Part shown: positions 63,881-64,000 of the stretch, piece by piece
Position numbering within the stretch: the stretch's first letter is position 1
Layout: every line of letters begins with the position of its first letter
Source: Azolla caroliniana
Lineage: Eukaryota; Plantae; Polypodiophyta
DNA length: 64,000 nucleotides
Direction: 5' to 3'
NCBI GenBank assembly: GCA_043228905.1
Contig: JBHGNT010000012.1
Coordinates: 17,732,001 to 17,796,000 of the forward strand
The notes under the pieces: model-generated
Database searches by the model: none
What the model saw: only the letters and a program-made list of their open reading frames with translations
Told to the model about the DNA's origin: nothing
Translations under genes and position numbers: made by a program

Positions 63881-64000
63881 GGCTTGCAATGACGAACCAA
63901 CGAAGCTTGGGCTCACGAGCACTTTGAGTGCCGACACGAAGAAGACGAGCACGTGACGATGGGGGGATGAAGGGGTATGAGATGAAGAGAAGTGGTGAAT

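Overview
Land-plant nuclear DNA with spliceosomal introns, plastid-targeted genes and heavily decayed TEs; species not determinable, though a non-seed plant such as a fern is plausible. 1-28.9 kb is a nested LTR-retrotransposon block. A minus-strand Arg-primed Gypsy (D) hosts Copia A. A hosts a hAT-like MITE and Copia B (TSD TTCCG), and B's 3' LTR hosts a tRNA-Trp-primed Gypsy (T). A decayed Copia (E) hosts a non-autonomous Trp-primed Gypsy (F), which carries a 309-bp acidic repeat ORF, a solo LTR and a 5S-rRNA-containing Cassandra-like insert. 30-64 kb holds four + strand genes (group I bZIP, plastid KASI, TAB2/ATAB2, DUF4057-type PxGG-repeat protein), plus a pogo-type MITE, a full-length decayed Copia, an intronic LINE and a long-TIR element. 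The top finding is a complete -1 ribosomal frameshift cassette (G_GAU_UUU, stop, 6-nt spacer, H-type pseudoknot) between protease and RT in Gypsy T, an alpharetrovirus-like Gag-PR/Pol layout. All coordinates and identities were counted by eye.
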